DNA of 64,000 bases from an uncultured Trueperaceae bacterium (GTDB lineage Bacteria > Deinococcota > Deinococci > Deinococcales > Trueperaceae), in assembly GCA_963727505.1 (NCBI GenBank), contig CAVSGP010000005.1, forward strand, positions 128,001 to 192,000, written 5' to 3'. A model generated the notes under the pieces. The model made no database searches. It had not been told where the DNA came from and saw only the letters and a list, made by a program, of their open reading frames with translations. Made by a program: the position numbers and the translations under genes. Positions 1 through 11,472 of this stretch are shown piece after piece (positions within the stretch are counted from its first letter, which is position 1; each line of letters starts with the position of its first letter).

Positions 1-294
1 GCCTGTGTCGGCGAGGCTCTCCAGGATGTCCTCGACGATGCGCCGGTAGGTATCCAGGCGCAGGCTCACCGAGCCCGGATAGGACAGGAAGTAGGGCGTC
101 ACGCCGTAGTTGAGGGTGGGGAAGACAGGCACTCCGAGCGGCGCCGCCGCCTCCCGCGCCACCCGCTCGGACAGGATGTTGTCGACCGCCAGGCTGAGGT
201 AGCCGTGCTGCTCGGTGCTTCCCATCGGGACCACGGCCCGGTCGTCTCGCTCCAGTTGCCTTTCGACCTGCATCCAATTCATCGCGTGGATCAC
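1..294 (-). CDS. Creatininase/creatinine amidohydrolase family protein (5' part; runs off window)
   Basis: Manual translation MNWMQVERQLERDDRAVVPMGSTEQHGYLSLAVDNILSE...FPTLNYGVTPYFLSYPGSVSL has the creatininase-family GSxEQHG and PG(S/T) motifs. AAGGAG RBS upstream of GTG 294 (alternative ATG 282). Confidence 0.85.
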   Translation of the reverse strand, partial: MIHAMNWMQVERQLERDDRAVVPMGSTEQHGYLSLAVDNILSERVAREAAAPLGVPVFPTLNYGVTPYFLSYPGSVSLRLDTYRRIVEDILESLADTG

Positions 295-299
295 ACGCC

Positions 300-1412
300 T
301 CACTCCTTTGCAGCGCGCGCCTGCCGCACGCTGTCGAGCGTGGGGAGCAGGAGTCGCCCGATGGAACCGACCTCGGGTTCGTAACGGAACTCGAAGGCGT
401 CGACGTTGGGGGGGACGAGCGCGAGCGCGTCCCGCGTGCCGGTCGCGTAGACCATGACGGTGCAGCGGCGCAGGGCCAGACTCAGGGCCTCGGGCTCGAG
501 CGGCACCGCCTCGATCTTGCTCACGTGCGGACAGAAGCGCGTGACGTTGCGACGCAGCGTGGGGAGGAACTCCGGGATGCTGGCGACGACCATCACGCCG
601 GCGTCGGAGGGCACCGCTGCAAGGCGCGTGCGCGTCTCCCTCGAGGGGTGGAAGGTGAGGCTCAGGACGGGGACGTCGTCGCCCACCAGGGCGCGCAGCT
701 CGGCCTCGCGGTTGGCCAGCGTGACGTAAACGTCGGGCGCCGCGTCGCTGGACCCAGGCACCGGGATCGTGCCCGCATCGAAGGTGGTCCACTCCAGAAC
801 GTCGCCCGGCGGGAGGTGGCGGCGGATCGCCTCCACGTAGGCCACCGTGGCGTCGGGGAAGATACCCACGAACAGGACGCGCACGACACGTTCGCTGGCT
901 GCGGGACGCTGGGCGCGCATCGTGGCCGCCTCGGCGGCGGCGCTGCGCGAGAACCCGAGCGCCTCGGCCGATGCGAAGAAGGCGTCGACGGCGCGGCCGA
1001 GCGCCACCATGGTCTCGGGGGCCTGCTGCGGTGGGAGGCGTTCAGGCACGAAGGTGCCGCGCCCCTGCTGGCTCTCCAGGAGCCCCTGGTCGCGAAGCTC
1101 CCGGTAGACCTGGGATACGGTGACCGGCGCCAGGCGGAGCTGGCGCGCCAGTTCCCGCACCGAGGGGAGCTTGCTGCCGCGCGGGATCTCGCCCGTGGCG
1201 ATGCCGTACTCGATCTGGCCCCGGAGCTGGACGCGGACCGGCAGGGGCAGATCGCGATCCAGCGCCAGGCGCCAGGGGCCCGCGGTGCCGGTGCCCTCGC
1301 CCGCAAGCTCCACGTCCCGGTCACGTGTCCGGGCCGGGGTGTCGCCGCCGTGCTGCGTGTCCTGGGCGGCGGCGTCCAGCGCCGACATGTCAGGGGGCTT
1401 GGGCCGGGTCAT
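300..1412 (-). CDS. GntR-family transcriptional regulator with extended C-terminal domain
   Basis: wHTH 'GSKLPSVRELARQLRLAPVTVSQVYRELRDQGLLESQQGRGTFV'. ATG 1412 overlaps the upstream stop (ATGA). Confidence 0.85.
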   Translation of the reverse strand: MTRPKPPDMSALDAAAQDTQHGGDTPARTRDRDVELAGEGTGTAGPWRLALDRDLPLPVRVQLRGQIEYGIATGEIPRGSKLPSVRELARQLRLAPVTVSQVYRELRDQGLLESQQGRGTFVPERLPPQQAPETMVALGRAVDAFFASAEALGFSRSAAAEAATMRAQRPAASERVVRVLFVGIFPDATVAYVEAIRRHLPPGDVLEWTTFDAGTIPVPGSSDAAPDVYVTLANREAELRALVGDDVPVLSLTFHPSRETRTRLAAVPSDAGVMVVASIPEFLPTLRRNVTRFCPHVSKIEAVPLEPEALSLALRRCTVMVYATGTRDALALVPPNVDAFEFRYEPEVGSIGRLLLPTLDSVRQARAAKE

Positions 1413-2533
1413 GGGCGCGCTCCGGCAGGGCCTTCGAGCTCGTTCGCGGGCCCTTTCGGACCTGTCGGCCCATGCGGCGCGAACGCGTCCGCCCCGGCCC
1501 GATCCGGCGCGAACAGATGGCAGGCGCACTCGCGTCCATCGCGCGCGACCAGCTCCGGGACGTGCACGTCGCAGCCCTCGAAGGCCCGGGAGCAGCGGGG
1601 GTGGAAGGCGCACCCGCCGGGAACGTGCAGCGGGCTCGGCAGCTCGCCGCGCACTGCGTCGGTGGTGGTTGTGAGTTCGGGATCGAGCGAGGGCGCAGCG
1701 GAGAGCAGCGCGCGTGTGTAGGGATGCCGAGGGTCCCGGAACAGTGCCTCGGTCTCGCCGACCTCCACAACCCGGCCCAGGTACATGACCGCGACCCGGT
1801 GCGAGATGTGGCGCACCAATCGCAGATCGTGCGCGACGAACAGCACCGTCAGGTGCAGGCGCTCCTGCAGCTCGAGCAGTAGGTTGATGACCTGCGCCTG
1901 GACGCTGACGTCGAGTGCGGAGACCAGCTCGTCGGCGACGAGGGTCTCCGGCTCGAGTGCGAGCGCCCGAGCGATGCCGATGCGTTGCCGTTGGCCGCCC
2001 GAGAACTCGTGCGGCATGCGATCGGCGGCGTCGGCGGGCAGACCCACCATGTCGAGCAGCTCGCGCATGCGCCCGGGGATGGCCTTGGCCGGCCGCATGG
2101 CGTGCACGCCGAGCGCTTCCCGCAGGATCTGGCCCACGCTCATGCGCGGGTTGAGGCTGGAGTAGGGATCCTGGAAGATCATCTGGACCTTGCGATGGTA
2201 GCGCCGTAGGCGCTCGCCTTGCAGGGCGAGGACGTCGGTGCCGTGGTAGCGGACCGAGCCGGCGTCGGGCTCGTGGAGCCGTACCAGACAGCGCGCCAGC
2301 GTCGACTTGCCGCAGCCGGACTCGCCTACGATGCCGAGCGTCTCCCCCGGTTCGACGCGCAGGGTGACGCCGTCGAGCGCCCGCACGGCCAGCCGGGGGG
2401 CGCGCTTGATGCGGTCGAACAGGGTTTGCTGCACCGGGAAGGTCTTGATCAGACCGTCCACTTCGAACGCCATGGAGCGGTGTTCCTCCTCGGTCGCCGG
2501 CCGGGCCCGTTCGGGACCCTGGCCCGCGGTCAT
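1409..2533 (-). CDS. Oligopeptide/dipeptide ABC transporter ATP-binding protein (OppF/DppF-like)
   Basis: [17 protein letters not shown]-terminal HPYT...[12 protein letters not shown] coupling. Confidence 0.93.
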   Translation of the reverse strand: MTAGQGPERARPATEEEHRSMAFEVDGLIKTFPVQQTLFDRIKRAPRLAVRALDGVTLRVEPGETLGIVGESGCGKSTLARCLVRLHEPDAGSVRYHGTDVLALQGERLRRYHRKVQMIFQDPYSSLNPRMSVGQILREALGVHAMRPAKAIPGRMRELLDMVGLPADAADRMPHEFSGGQRQRIGIARALALEPETLVADELVSALDVSVQAQVINLLLELQERLHLTVLFVAHDLRLVRHISHRVAVMYLGRVVEVGETEALFRDPRHPYTRALLSAAPSLDPELTTTTDAVRGELPSPLHVPGGCAFHPRCSRAFEGCDVHVPELVARDGRECACHLFAPDRAGADAFAPHGPTGPKGPANELEGPAGARP

Positions 2534-3555
2534 GCCGTCACCTCCGACGGGGCCGGCAGCTCGGCGTGGTGGATGCAGGCGCTGGTGTGGTCCTCGGCCA
2601 CGCGCTGGCGTCGGGGTTCCTCGGCCCGGCAGGCATCGGTGACGAAGCCGCATCGGGGTGCGAAGGGACAGCCGGGGGGAAGCGCGGAGAGGTCGGGCGG
2701 TGCACCCGGGATGGGCTTGAGGGGCTGGCGGTTGGCCCCGCCGCTGGGGAGCGACAGCCGCAGACCCAGCGTATAGGCGTGCCTGGGGTGGGTGAACAGG
2801 GCGCGCACGGGTGCCGTCTCGACCAGCCGGCCGGCGTACATCACGGCCACCCGGTCGCAGGTCTGCGCCACCACCCCGAGATCGTGCGTGACCAGGATGA
2901 CGCTCATGCCGAGCTGTTCGCGCAGGCGCAGTAGCAGCTTGAGGATCTGGTCCTGGATGGTGACGTCGAGGGCGGTGGTGGGTTCGTCGGCCAGTAGCAG
3001 CCGGGGGGAGGAGGCGAGCGCGATGGCGATCATGGCGCGCTGGCGCATGCCGCCGCTGAACTCGTGCGGGAACGCCTCGAGTCGTTCGCGTGGCGACGGG
3101 ATGCCAACCAGGTCGAGCAGCTCCGAGGCGCGAGCGCGGGCGGCGTTGCCCCGCAAGCCCTCGTGGGCGCGCAGGCTCTCCAGGATCTGTTCGCCGACGG
3201 TCAGGACGGGGTTGAGGGCGGTCATCGGCTCCTGGAAGATCATGCTGATCTCTCCGCCGGTGACCTGGCGCATGCGCCGGGAACTCACCTCGAGCAGGTT
3301 CTCGCCGTTCCAGCGCACCTCGCCCGAGACCCGGGTGGGCGGCCTGAGCAGGCGCAGGATGGAGCGCAGCGTGACGCTCTTGCCCGAGCCGGACTCGCCC
3401 ACGATGCCCAGGACCTCCCCCTCGCCGACGTCGAAACTCACGTCCCGAACAGCGTTCAGGGCCCCACGCGCGGTGTGGAAGGTGGTGTCGAGGTGGCGCA
3501 CGCTGAGCAGCGACATCCCGGACGGCGCCTCGGCGGAGGGAGCAGCGAAGCTCAT
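2530..3555 (-). CDS. Oligopeptide/dipeptide ABC transporter ATP-binding protein (OppD/DppD-like)
   Basis: [35 protein letters not shown]. Confidence 0.93.
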   Translation of the reverse strand: MSFAAPSAEAPSGMSLLSVRHLDTTFHTARGALNAVRDVSFDVGEGEVLGIVGESGSGKSVTLRSILRLLRPPTRVSGEVRWNGENLLEVSSRRMRQVTGGEISMIFQEPMTALNPVLTVGEQILESLRAHEGLRGNAARARASELLDLVGIPSPRERLEAFPHEFSGGMRQRAMIAIALASSPRLLLADEPTTALDVTIQDQILKLLLRLREQLGMSVILVTHDLGVVAQTCDRVAVMYAGRLVETAPVRALFTHPRHAYTLGLRLSLPSGGANRQPLKPIPGAPPDLSALPPGCPFAPRCGFVTDACRAEEPRRQRVAEDHTSACIHHAELPAPSEVTA

Positions 3556-4412
3556 CGCGCCGGCCTCAGGACGTCGGCGAGTCCGTCGCCGACCAGGCTG
3601 AAGCCCACCCCGGCGAGCGTCAGCACCAGTCCTGGGAAGGTGGAGATCCAGGGGGCGGTCACCATGAAGTTCTTGCCGTCGGCGACCATCACCCCCCATT
3701 CGGCGGTGGGCGGCTGGGCTCCCAGCCCGAGGTAGCCCAGCGACGCTCCCAGCAGGATCCCCAGGCTCATGTCGGTCATCCAGTAGACGATGGCGGGGGT
3801 CACGGCGTTCGGGAAGATGTGGCGGAACACGATGCGGCCCGGGGAGTAGCCCATCACGCGGGCGGCCTGCACGTACTCGGTCTGCTTCTGGACCAGCGTC
3901 TCGCCGCGCACCAGCCTCGCATAGTAGACCCAGCCCACCACGCTGACCGCCAGGTACATGTTGCGCAGTCCCGGCCCCAGCATGGCCACGATGGCGATGA
4001 CCAGGATCAGGAACGGGAACACCATCACGATGTCCACCAGCCGGCCGAAGCCGGCGTCGAGCCAGCGCCCGACATAGCCGGTGATGGCGCCGGCCACCGT
4101 CCCGAACAGGAAGGGGAACAGCGTGCAGAACAGCGCAATCTGGAGGTCGGTCCGGGCGCCGAAGACCACCCGCGAGAAGACGTCGCGGCCGAAGTTGTCG
4201 GTGCCGAACCAGTGCTGGGCGCTGGGCCCCTTGAGGATCGCGCCGTAGTCGAACTGGGTGGGGTCGTAGCGTGCGATGAGTTGGGGGAAGAGCGCCATGA
4301 CCAGCATGGCGGTGACGATGGTGAGCCCGATCAGGAGCGTCGGTTTGGGCCGGGCGCGCCAGATGCGTCGGCGGGTATGGGCGGCGGCGGTCGCGGCCGA
4401 GGGAGCTGCCAT
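3552..4412 (-). CDS. Peptide-type ABC transporter permease (OppC/DppC-like)
   Basis: HWFGTDNFGRDVFSR, EAA-like loop, LGLGAQPPTAEWG, hydrophobic helices. Confidence 0.92.
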   Translation of the reverse strand: MAAPSAATAAAHTRRRIWRARPKPTLLIGLTIVTAMLVMALFPQLIARYDPTQFDYGAILKGPSAQHWFGTDNFGRDVFSRVVFGARTDLQIALFCTLFPFLFGTVAGAITGYVGRWLDAGFGRLVDIVMVFPFLILVIAIVAMLGPGLRNMYLAVSVVGWVYYARLVRGETLVQKQTEYVQAARVMGYSPGRIVFRHIFPNAVTPAIVYWMTDMSLGILLGASLGYLGLGAQPPTAEWGVMVADGKNFMVTAPWISTFPGLVLTLAGVGFSLVGDGLADVLRPAR

Positions 4413-4413
4413 G

Positions 4414-5355
4414 TCAGGCCACCTTCGTGCGAGGGTCGAGGAAGCTGTAGGCGAGATCGGTCAACAGGAACACCAACATGATCACCACGGCGAAGGCCAG
4501 GGTGAGTCCCTGCACGACCGCGTAGTCGCGGCCGAAGATGGCGGTGACCATCAGCCGCCCCACGCCGGGGATCGCGAACACCGTCTCGGTGATGACGGCC
4601 CCGCCCATGAGCTGCCCGACCGACAACCCGAAGAGGGTCACCGTGCTGATGAGGGCGTTACGCAAGATGTGCTTGACCAGCACCAGCCTTGGCCGGATGC
4701 CCTTGGCGCGCGCGAAGTCGACGTACTCGGCGTCGACCACCTCGAGGATGGACGAGCGAAGGTTGCGCATCAGGATGGCTGCGAGATAGAAGCCGAGCGA
4801 CAGCGCCGGCAGGAACAGGTAGTAGAAGTCCGATCGCAGCGTTGGGCCGATGCCCCCGACTGGGAACCAGTGAAGTCTGGCACCGAACAGGCCCAACAGC
4901 TGCAGGGAGAGATAGAAGACGGGAAGCGATAGGCCGACCTGGAAGATCGCCCGGATCAGGTTGTCGACCCAGGTGCCGCGCCGGAGGGCCGAGAGCACGG
5001 CGGCCGGCACCGATAGCACGGCGGCCAGGATCCCGGCGTAGAGGGTCAGGAAGAGCGTGACCGGCAATCGGTCGGCGATGAGCTGGATGACGGGCACCTT
5101 GAGGTTGACGCTGGTGCCGAGATCACCTCGCGCCATGCGTTCGAGGAAGTACCAGAATTGAACGGGAAGGGGCTTGTCGAGCCCGAGCTCCTTGTGCACG
5201 CGAGCGACGGCCTCGTCGGTGACGCGGTCGCCCAGGATGGCGACGGCGGGGTCGCCCGGCAGCAGCCGGACCATGGCGAACACCAGGATCATGATCACCA
5301 GGAGGGTCGGGATCATCTGCAGGATCCGGGTGAGGACGTACTGCCAGCGGTTCAC
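4414..5355 (-). CDS. Peptide-type ABC transporter permease (OppB/DppB-like)
   Basis: LPGDPA, GDLGTS, ARAKG, ITETVFAIPGVG, DPR end. Confidence 0.92.
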   Translation of the reverse strand: MNRWQYVLTRILQMIPTLLVIMILVFAMVRLLPGDPAVAILGDRVTDEAVARVHKELGLDKPLPVQFWYFLERMARGDLGTSVNLKVPVIQLIADRLPVTLFLTLYAGILAAVLSVPAAVLSALRRGTWVDNLIRAIFQVGLSLPVFYLSLQLLGLFGARLHWFPVGGIGPTLRSDFYYLFLPALSLGFYLAAILMRNLRSSILEVVDAEYVDFARAKGIRPRLVLVKHILRNALISTVTLFGLSVGQLMGGAVITETVFAIPGVGRLMVTAIFGRDYAVVQGLTLAFAVVIMLVFLLTDLAYSFLDPRTKVA

Positions 5356-5452
5356 GTCGGCGACCTCCGAGGGCCGTGCACGGTGGCGTGGGGACGCTGC
5401 CGTGGAGGCCTGGACCGCTCGCTTCGCGCGAGCGGTCCAGGGAGCATCGAAG

Positions 5453-7024
5453 TCAGTTCGTCTTGTAGGCGGTCTTGAAGATGTAGTTGCCGAGCGGGAT
5501 CTGCGTCAGTCCCTGGGTGGTCTTGCGGATCGCCACCGGGTAGGGCGTCTCGTACAGGAACACGATGGGCGCGGCGTCCATGTAGATCTGCTGGATCTCC
5601 TTGTAGTCGGCCGCGCGCTTGGTGGTGTCGAGCTCCTCCTGCGACTGCGCGAAGAGCTGGTCGATGCGGTCGTTCTGGAAGCCGGTGTGCAGGGACTGCA
5701 CGTTCTTGTACACCCCGAAGTAGCTGGTGATCTCGCTGGGGTCGTTGATGTCGTTGGTCCAGCCGGCGGTGCGCATCTGGAAGTTGTTGTTGCGGTAGCG
5801 GTCGGTCTTGGTGGCGGCGTCGAGCTGCTCGATCTTGAGCTTGATGCCGGCCTCGCCCCACATGCTCTGCAGCGCCGTCAGCAGCGCCAGGTCGTTCTGG
5901 CTGCCGGCGGTCGCAAGCGCGGAGACCGTGAAGCCGTTGGGATAGCCGGCCTGCGCGAGCAGCGACTTGGCCTTCTCGATGTCGTAGGCGTAGCCGCGGG
6001 TGGCCACGTAGTACGGCGTGGTGGTCGACATGTACGACTGCATGGGACTGCCGATGCCGAAGTTGACGACCTGGATCAGCGCCTTCTTGTTGGTGGCGTA
6101 GTTGATCGCCTGCCGCACCTGGAGGCTCGACAGCGGGTTGGGCGTACCGTCGGGCAGCTCGGGCCGGTTGTTCATGAGAACGCTGTTGACCTGTGTGGAG
6201 GGGAACAGCTTCATGTCGATGTTGGGGTCGTTCTGGAGCTCACCGACGCGCGAGAGCGGGATGAACTCGGCGGCGTCGAGCTCGCGCGACTGCAGCTTGA
6301 GGATGCGCGTGGCGTCGTCCGGCACGATCTCGAAGCGGATGCTGTCGAGGTAGGGCAGCGCCTTGCCGTCGGCGCCCTTCTCCCAGTAGTAGGGGTTTGC
6401 CTTGAGCACCATCGAGGAGCCGCGCTTCCACTCGGAGAGCACGAACGGACCGGAGCCGATGGGGTGCTCGGCGAAGGCCTTGGCCTTCTCGGCGTCCGTC
6501 GAGCCCTTGGCCGCCTCGAACAGCTTCTCGGGCATGACGGCGGCGTTGAACATGGCCAGAGCCGGGATGATCGTCGGGTCGGGGTGCTTGAGGTGGATGA
6601 TCACCTGATTGCCGCTGGTATCGATGGAATCGATGCCGGCGAGCGTGAAGTTCCAGATGCCGTTGTCGGGGTTGCGGGCGCGGTCGAGTGACCACTTGGC
6701 GTCCTGGGCGGTGATGGGACTACCGTCGGCGAACTTGGCGCCGTCGCGCATGGTCAGCGTGAGTGTCATCCCGTCGCTCGAGAAGCTCCAGTCGGTGGCC
6801 AGATCGGGCTTCACGTCCTTGCCATCGGCAGTCGGCTGCAGGAGCGGGTCGTAGAGGTTGGTGAGGACCCAGATGTCGAGGTTGGCATCGTTCAGGACGG
6901 GGTCGAGGAAGAGCGAGTCGGCGTAGCGACCGAAGACGAGCTGTCCCCCACGCTGCTGGGCGAAGGTGGTGCCGAGCACCAGGATGGCCAGAAGGGCCAG
7001 GGCGAACGTTGTGAGCCGTTTCAT
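5453..7024 (-). CDS. ABC transporter substrate-binding protein, family 5
   Basis: Signal peptide; LATDWSFSSDG...F.DGSPITAQD; PIGSGPF; VRQAINYA; GGAGG RBS. Confidence 0.92.
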   Translation of the reverse strand: MKRLTTFALALLAILVLGTTFAQQRGGQLVFGRYADSLFLDPVLNDANLDIWVLTNLYDPLLQPTADGKDVKPDLATDWSFSSDGMTLTLTMRDGAKFADGSPITAQDAKWSLDRARNPDNGIWNFTLAGIDSIDTSGNQVIIHLKHPDPTIIPALAMFNAAVMPEKLFEAAKGSTDAEKAKAFAEHPIGSGPFVLSEWKRGSSMVLKANPYYWEKGADGKALPYLDSIRFEIVPDDATRILKLQSRELDAAEFIPLSRVGELQNDPNIDMKLFPSTQVNSVLMNNRPELPDGTPNPLSSLQVRQAINYATNKKALIQVVNFGIGSPMQSYMSTTTPYYVATRGYAYDIEKAKSLLAQAGYPNGFTVSALATAGSQNDLALLTALQSMWGEAGIKLKIEQLDAATKTDRYRNNNFQMRTAGWTNDINDPSEITSYFGVYKNVQSLHTGFQNDRIDQLFAQSQEELDTTKRAADYKEIQQIYMDAAPIVFLYETPYPVAIRKTTQGLTQIPLGNYIFKTAYKTN

Positions 7025-7102
7025 GCCTACCTCCCTAGGGTTGTCCAGCTACAGGTCGGCCGCTCCCGCTCCCGATCGCCGTCCTGCGAACTGTGATGGC
7101 GG

Positions 7103-7131
7103 ACCATAACACGGTGATTTGATGCCGTCAA
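7103..7131 (-). promoter_or_regulatory. Sigma70-type promoter for the peptide ABC operon
   Basis: On the - strand TTGACG-17 bp-TATGGT, with an extended TGn -10, about 80 bp upstream of the SBP ATG. Confidence 0.6.
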
Positions 7132-7163
7132 TTGCATGGAGATGCAGTTGTGGACGGCCTCGG

Positions 7164-8570
7164 CTAGCGGGCGCCTGCGTCCGGCCCGAAGGGAGGAGGC
7201 GCCGCCGCCGTTATGGGCGCCAGGGCGGCCAGCGCATCGGCGAGTCCCAGCAGCGCCGCATCCTCGCCTCGCGCCCCGGCGAGCTGCAGGCCGACCGGCA
7301 GTCCCTCGGCGGCGTTGAATGGAACAGCGATGGCGGGGGCGCCGACGACGTTGAAGGGCCCGCTGAAGTGCATCTCTGTGGCGCCCTCCTCGCCACTCAC
7401 GACCGGATCCTCGGCCGGAGCAACGGTGTTGACCGCCGGCATGAGCAGGCCGTCGAGGCGCGCGAGCAGACCGTCGAAGTCGGCGATGAGCGAGTGTCGC
7501 GTCTCGAGCGCACGCAGGTAGCGGACGGCGGGCACGGTGAACCCTAGGTCGAGCTGGGCCCGTGTGGCGGGGGCATAGCCCGATGGGTCGTCACGCATGT
7601 ACTGTTGGTGTAGCACACTTGCTTCGGGGTAGAGGATGTCGAGAAGGGCTTCGTTGGCGTGTTCCAGCTCACCCAGCGGCGCGTCGACCACGACGGCGCC
7701 GGCCCGGACGAGTGCCCGCTCGGCCGCGTCCAGGGCGGCACGCACGGGCGGCTCGAGCTCCACGGCGTCCACGTAGGCGCGGGGCACGCCGATGCGGAGG
7801 CCGCGCAGGCGGTCCGGATCCGGGCTCCCGGGCACGCCGGCGACGCGATGCGTCGCGCGTCCGGGGGCCGTGCCCGGGGCGCCGGCCATCACGGCCAACA
7901 GATCGGCGACGTCGGCCGCCGATCGTGCCAGGGCCCCGACGTGGTCGAGCGTCCAGGACAGGGGGAAGACGCCCTCCACGGGAACGCGGCCGTAGCTCGG
8001 CTTGTGGCCGAATACGCCGCAGTACGAGGCCGGGATGCGGATCGAGCCGCCGGTATCGGTGCCGATCGCGAGCGGCGCGAGCCCCGCGGCGACGGCCGCC
8101 GCGCTGCCGCCCGAGGAGCCCCCGGCGGTGCGCTGCAGATCGTGGGGGTTGCGGGTGGGGCCGACCTCGGGATGGACCGCGCCGTAGGCGTACTCCAGAA
8201 GGTTGGTCTTGCCGAGCAGCACGGCGCCAGCTTCCCGCAGGCGGGCGACGACCGCGGCGTCGCGCTCGGCGCGCTCTACGCGGCCGACGCGCGAGCCGAA
8301 GCCGGTGGGGGCGCCCTCCACCGCCATGAGGTCCTTCACGAGCACCGGGACGCCGTGGAGCGGGCCGCGGTCCTCGCCTGCGGCAAGGGCCCGGGTCGCG
8401 CGCTCCGCCTGGGCTCGTGCGCCGTCGGCGAGCACGACGGCGAAGGCGTTGAGGTAGGGCTCGAGCGAGGCGATCCGTTCGAGGAGCGCCTCCGTGACGG
8501 CGAGCGGCGTGGTCTCGCCGGAACGGTAGAGCGCCGCGAGCTCGCGGGCGGACGCGAAGAACGGGTTCAC
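7164..8570 (-). CDS. Amidase-signature family enzyme
   Basis: GPLHGVPVLVKDL, GGSSGGSAAAVA, GTDTGGSIRIPAS (Ser-cisSer-Lys triad motifs). GTG start chosen by domain boundary. Confidence 0.9.
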   Translation of the reverse strand: MNPFFASARELAALYRSGETTPLAVTEALLERIASLEPYLNAFAVVLADGARAQAERATRALAAGEDRGPLHGVPVLVKDLMAVEGAPTGFGSRVGRVERAERDAAVVARLREAGAVLLGKTNLLEYAYGAVHPEVGPTRNPHDLQRTAGGSSGGSAAAVAAGLAPLAIGTDTGGSIRIPASYCGVFGHKPSYGRVPVEGVFPLSWTLDHVGALARSAADVADLLAVMAGAPGTAPGRATHRVAGVPGSPDPDRLRGLRIGVPRAYVDAVELEPPVRAALDAAERALVRAGAVVVDAPLGELEHANEALLDILYPEASVLHQQYMRDDPSGYAPATRAQLDLGFTVPAVRYLRALETRHSLIADFDGLLARLDGLLMPAVNTVAPAEDPVVSGEEGATEMHFSGPFNVVGAPAIAVPFNAAEGLPVGLQLAGARGEDAALLGLADALAALAPITAAAPPPFGPDAGAR

Positions 8571-8745
8571 GGGCGCGCCGTTATCGCTCGCAGGGCGGGA
8601 CCGAACGGGAGGACAGGTACCGACATGGCCACCTCCTGAATAGGTGGAGCCATCGTGACCCGTGCGCGGGGCCGTTGCCAAGCGCTGGCACGGAGCCGCT
8701 CGGCGGTGGCCATGAGGGGCCTCGGTGGGGTATGAGGAGAGGGAC

Positions 8746-10035
8746 ATGAGCACTCCCAGCGGCCGCCGTGAAGTGGTGATCGTCAGCGCCGTGCGCACGC
8801 CCATCGGGCGCATCCGCGGCGCCCTCTCCGACGTGCGACCCGACGACCTGGCGGCCATCGCGATCAAGGAGGCGGTGGTCCGGGCCGGCGTGCCGACGGG
8901 CGCCGTCGAGGAGGTCTACCTGGGCTGCGCCAACCAGGCCGGCGAAGACAACCGCAACGTGGCGCGCATGGCGCTGCTGCTGGCTGGTTTGCCCGACACG
9001 GTGGCCGGCGTGACCCTCAACCGTCTCTGCGCCAGCGGCCTCAACGCCGTCAATCAGGCGGCGCGCGCCATCGCCCTGGGCGAGGGCGACGTGTTCGTGG
9101 CCGGTGGCGTGGAGAGCATGACGCGCGCCCCCTACTCGCTCCCGAAGAACGCCCGCGCCTTCGGACCGTCGGGGAACGTCACCGCCTGGGACACCACGCT
9201 CGGCTGGCGCTATCCCAACCCGGCGCTGGAGGCCCTGTACCCGCTGGAGGCGATGGGCGAGACCGCCGAGAACATCTACGAGCGGAGCCTCGAGGGGTCG
9301 GTGGCCGGCGGCGAGATCACCCGCGAGGAGCAGGACGCTTTCGCCCTGGAGAGCCACCGGCGCGCGGTCGACGCCATCGACGGCGGCCGCTTCGACGACG
9401 AGATCGTGCCCGTCACCATCCCGCGCCGGCGCGGCGAGCCACGGATCGTCGACGTGGACGAGCATCCGCGCTACCGGCGGGAAGGCGACCGCTACGTCGT
9501 CGACACCGATCTGGAGGCGCTCGGCAAGCTGCGCCCCGCCTTCCGAGAGGGCGGGACCGTCACGGCGGGCAACGCCAGCGGCCTGAACGACGGCGCGGCG
9601 GCGCTGGTGCTGATGGCGGCGGAGACCGCCGCGGAGCTGGGCGTGGAACCGATCGCGCGCTGGCTGGCCTCCGGTGCGGCCGGCATCGACCCCAGGGTGA
9701 TGGGGCTGGGTCCGGTCGGAGCGGCCCGCAAGGCGCTGGAGCGGAGCGGTTTGAGCGTCGAGGACCTCGACCTGGTGGAACTCAACGAGGCGTTCGCGGT
9801 GCAGGCGCTGGCCGTGACGCGCGAGCTCGGCCTGAGCGAGGCGATCACCAACGTCAACGGCGGCGCCATCGCCCTGGGTCACCCGCTGGGCTGTTCCGGC
9901 GCGCGCATCCTCACGACGTTGCTGCACGAGATGCGGCGGCGCCGTCGCGCCGGTCAGCCCATGCGCTACGGCCTGGCCACGCTGTGTGTGGGCGTTGGGC
10001 AAGGCGAGGCGACGGTGGTGGAGCTCGCGGGATAG
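8746..10035 (+). CDS. Acetyl-CoA C-acyltransferase (thiolase; PaaJ/PcaF-like)
   Basis: [48 protein letters not shown]. Confidence 0.93.
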   Translation: MSTPSGRREVVIVSAVRTPIGRIRGALSDVRPDDLAAIAIKEAVVRAGVPTGAVEEVYLGCANQAGEDNRNVARMALLLAGLPDTVAGVTLNRLCASGLNAVNQAARAIALGEGDVFVAGGVESMTRAPYSLPKNARAFGPSGNVTAWDTTLGWRYPNPALEALYPLEAMGETAENIYERSLEGSVAGGEITREEQDAFALESHRRAVDAIDGGRFDDEIVPVTIPRRRGEPRIVDVDEHPRYRREGDRYVVDTDLEALGKLRPAFREGGTVTAGNASGLNDGAAALVLMAAETAAELGVEPIARWLASGAAGIDPRVMGLGPVGAARKALERSGLSVEDLDLVELNEAFAVQALAVTRELGLSEAITNVNGGAIALGHPLGCSGARILTTLLHEMRRRRRAGQPMRYGLATLCVGVGQGEATVVELAG

Positions 10036-10080
10036 GAGCGGTTCGGAGCCGTGCCGGGAGCGTGGTGTGGGCCTGGACCC

Positions 10081-11472
10081 CTAACGCAGTGGCAGCGTTC
10101 CCGCCAGCGGCGACGGGTAGAAGGCGATCCCCATCGGATAGGTGACGTCGGACGAGGTGAGCCAGCTCGCCTGCACGGCGCTCGACGCCAGGAGATACCG
10201 GCCGAGCCGCCCCTGGTCTCCCGAGACCCACACGTTCCCGGCGGCGTCGATGGCGTTGGCGTCAGCAGCGGGCCCACCGCCCATGGCGGAGTCGGAGATG
10301 GTGGTCGGGGTTACCGACGTTGTCGTACCCGAACCGCCCAGGTCGCCCTGGGCATAGCGGTAGGTGCCGCCGCCCACCACCCACAGGTTGCCGGTGGCGT
10401 CGAACGCGAGCCCGGTGTAGCCGATGATCTCCGCGCCGCTCGTGCCACGGATCCGGTAGCCGGGCGTGATCGCCCCTCCGCTGCCGAGGCTCGTGGCGTC
10501 GTAGCGCACGAGCTGGACGTCGAGGGGCGCCACCGCCGCGTCGTCGACCACCACCCACAGGTCGCCGGACGCATCGAAGGCCATCGCCACGGGGTCGACC
10601 AGCACGGTTCCCGTGTAGCTGTACGCCGGCGCCGTCGTCACCGTGCCGCCGTCGAGCAGGAGCTGCCGCACCTGCGCTGCGGTGTACTCGAGGATCTGGT
10701 CGGCCTTGCGGTTCAGGACGTAGAGGTCGCCGGTGTCGTCGAAGGCGAGCTGGCCCGGGCCGTCGAAGGCAGCGGCACGGACGATGACGTCGGGCGTGGG
10801 GCTGCCGGAGCTCGCAAGCCTGGCCTGGTCGAACACCAGGAGCTGGCCGGCGACGTTCGGTCCGCCCACGGGATCGGACACCCACAAATCCCCGTGCGGC
10901 CCGAAGGCGATCTGGAACCCGTAGGTGGTGTTGAGCGTCGAGCCCGTCAGGTCGACGACAGCGGCGGCCGCCTGCGTGCCGCCGGCCGACAGGGCCGTCG
11001 CCGCGAAGCCGACCACCGCCCCGCCAATCTCGTTGCCGGCCCACAGCCGTTCGGATCCCGACTGCTTGACGTAGCTGCGGGTGATCGTGGCGGTCTGGCC
11101 GTCACGGACGCAGGCACTCACCACAGGCTGGCTGTTGGCGCCGTAGGCTGCGCCCACGAGCGCACCCCCGGCCGCCGTCTGCGCTACCCGCATCGTCTCC
11201 ACCACGTACGTTCCCGCGGCCAGGTTGGGAAGCGTCTGGCTGGCGTGCAGCGTCACCTGGTAGCCCCCCGGGCCGGCGATCCGTACATCCGGCGTGACGC
11301 CGCCCGCCGGGGTGACGGTCACCTCGAGCGTTCCCTGTCCGGTGGTGCTGCAGACCGTCGCGCCACCCCCGCCCCCGCCCGTCGAACAGGCCGAGAGACC
11401 GATGAGAACCGCCGGGGCGACGAGGATCCCCCACCAGCGGCGCGCGTGGCGTGCGTACGAGCGTCCGTGCAT
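10081..11472 (-). CDS. Lipoprotein with NHL-like beta-propeller repeats
   Basis: Lipobox LSAC; repeats [59 protein letters not shown]. Confidence 0.75.
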   Translation of the reverse strand: MHGRSYARHARRWWGILVAPAVLIGLSACSTGGGGGGATVCSTTGQGTLEVTVTPAGGVTPDVRIAGPGGYQVTLHASQTLPNLAAGTYVVETMRVAQTAAGGALVGAAYGANSQPVVSACVRDGQTATITRSYVKQSGSERLWAGNEIGGAVVGFAATALSAGGTQAAAAVVDLTGSTLNTTYGFQIAFGPHGDLWVSDPVGGPNVAGQLLVFDQARLASSGSPTPDVIVRAAAFDGPGQLAFDDTGDLYVLNRKADQILEYTAAQVRQLLLDGGTVTTAPAYSYTGTVLVDPVAMAFDASGDLWVVVDDAAVAPLDVQLVRYDATSLGSGGAITPGYRIRGTSGAEIIGYTGLAFDATGNLWVVGGGTYRYAQGDLGGSGTTTSVTPTTISDSAMGGGPAADANAIDAAGNVWVSGDQGRLGRYLLASSAVQASWLTSSDVTYPMGIAFYPSPLAGTLPLR

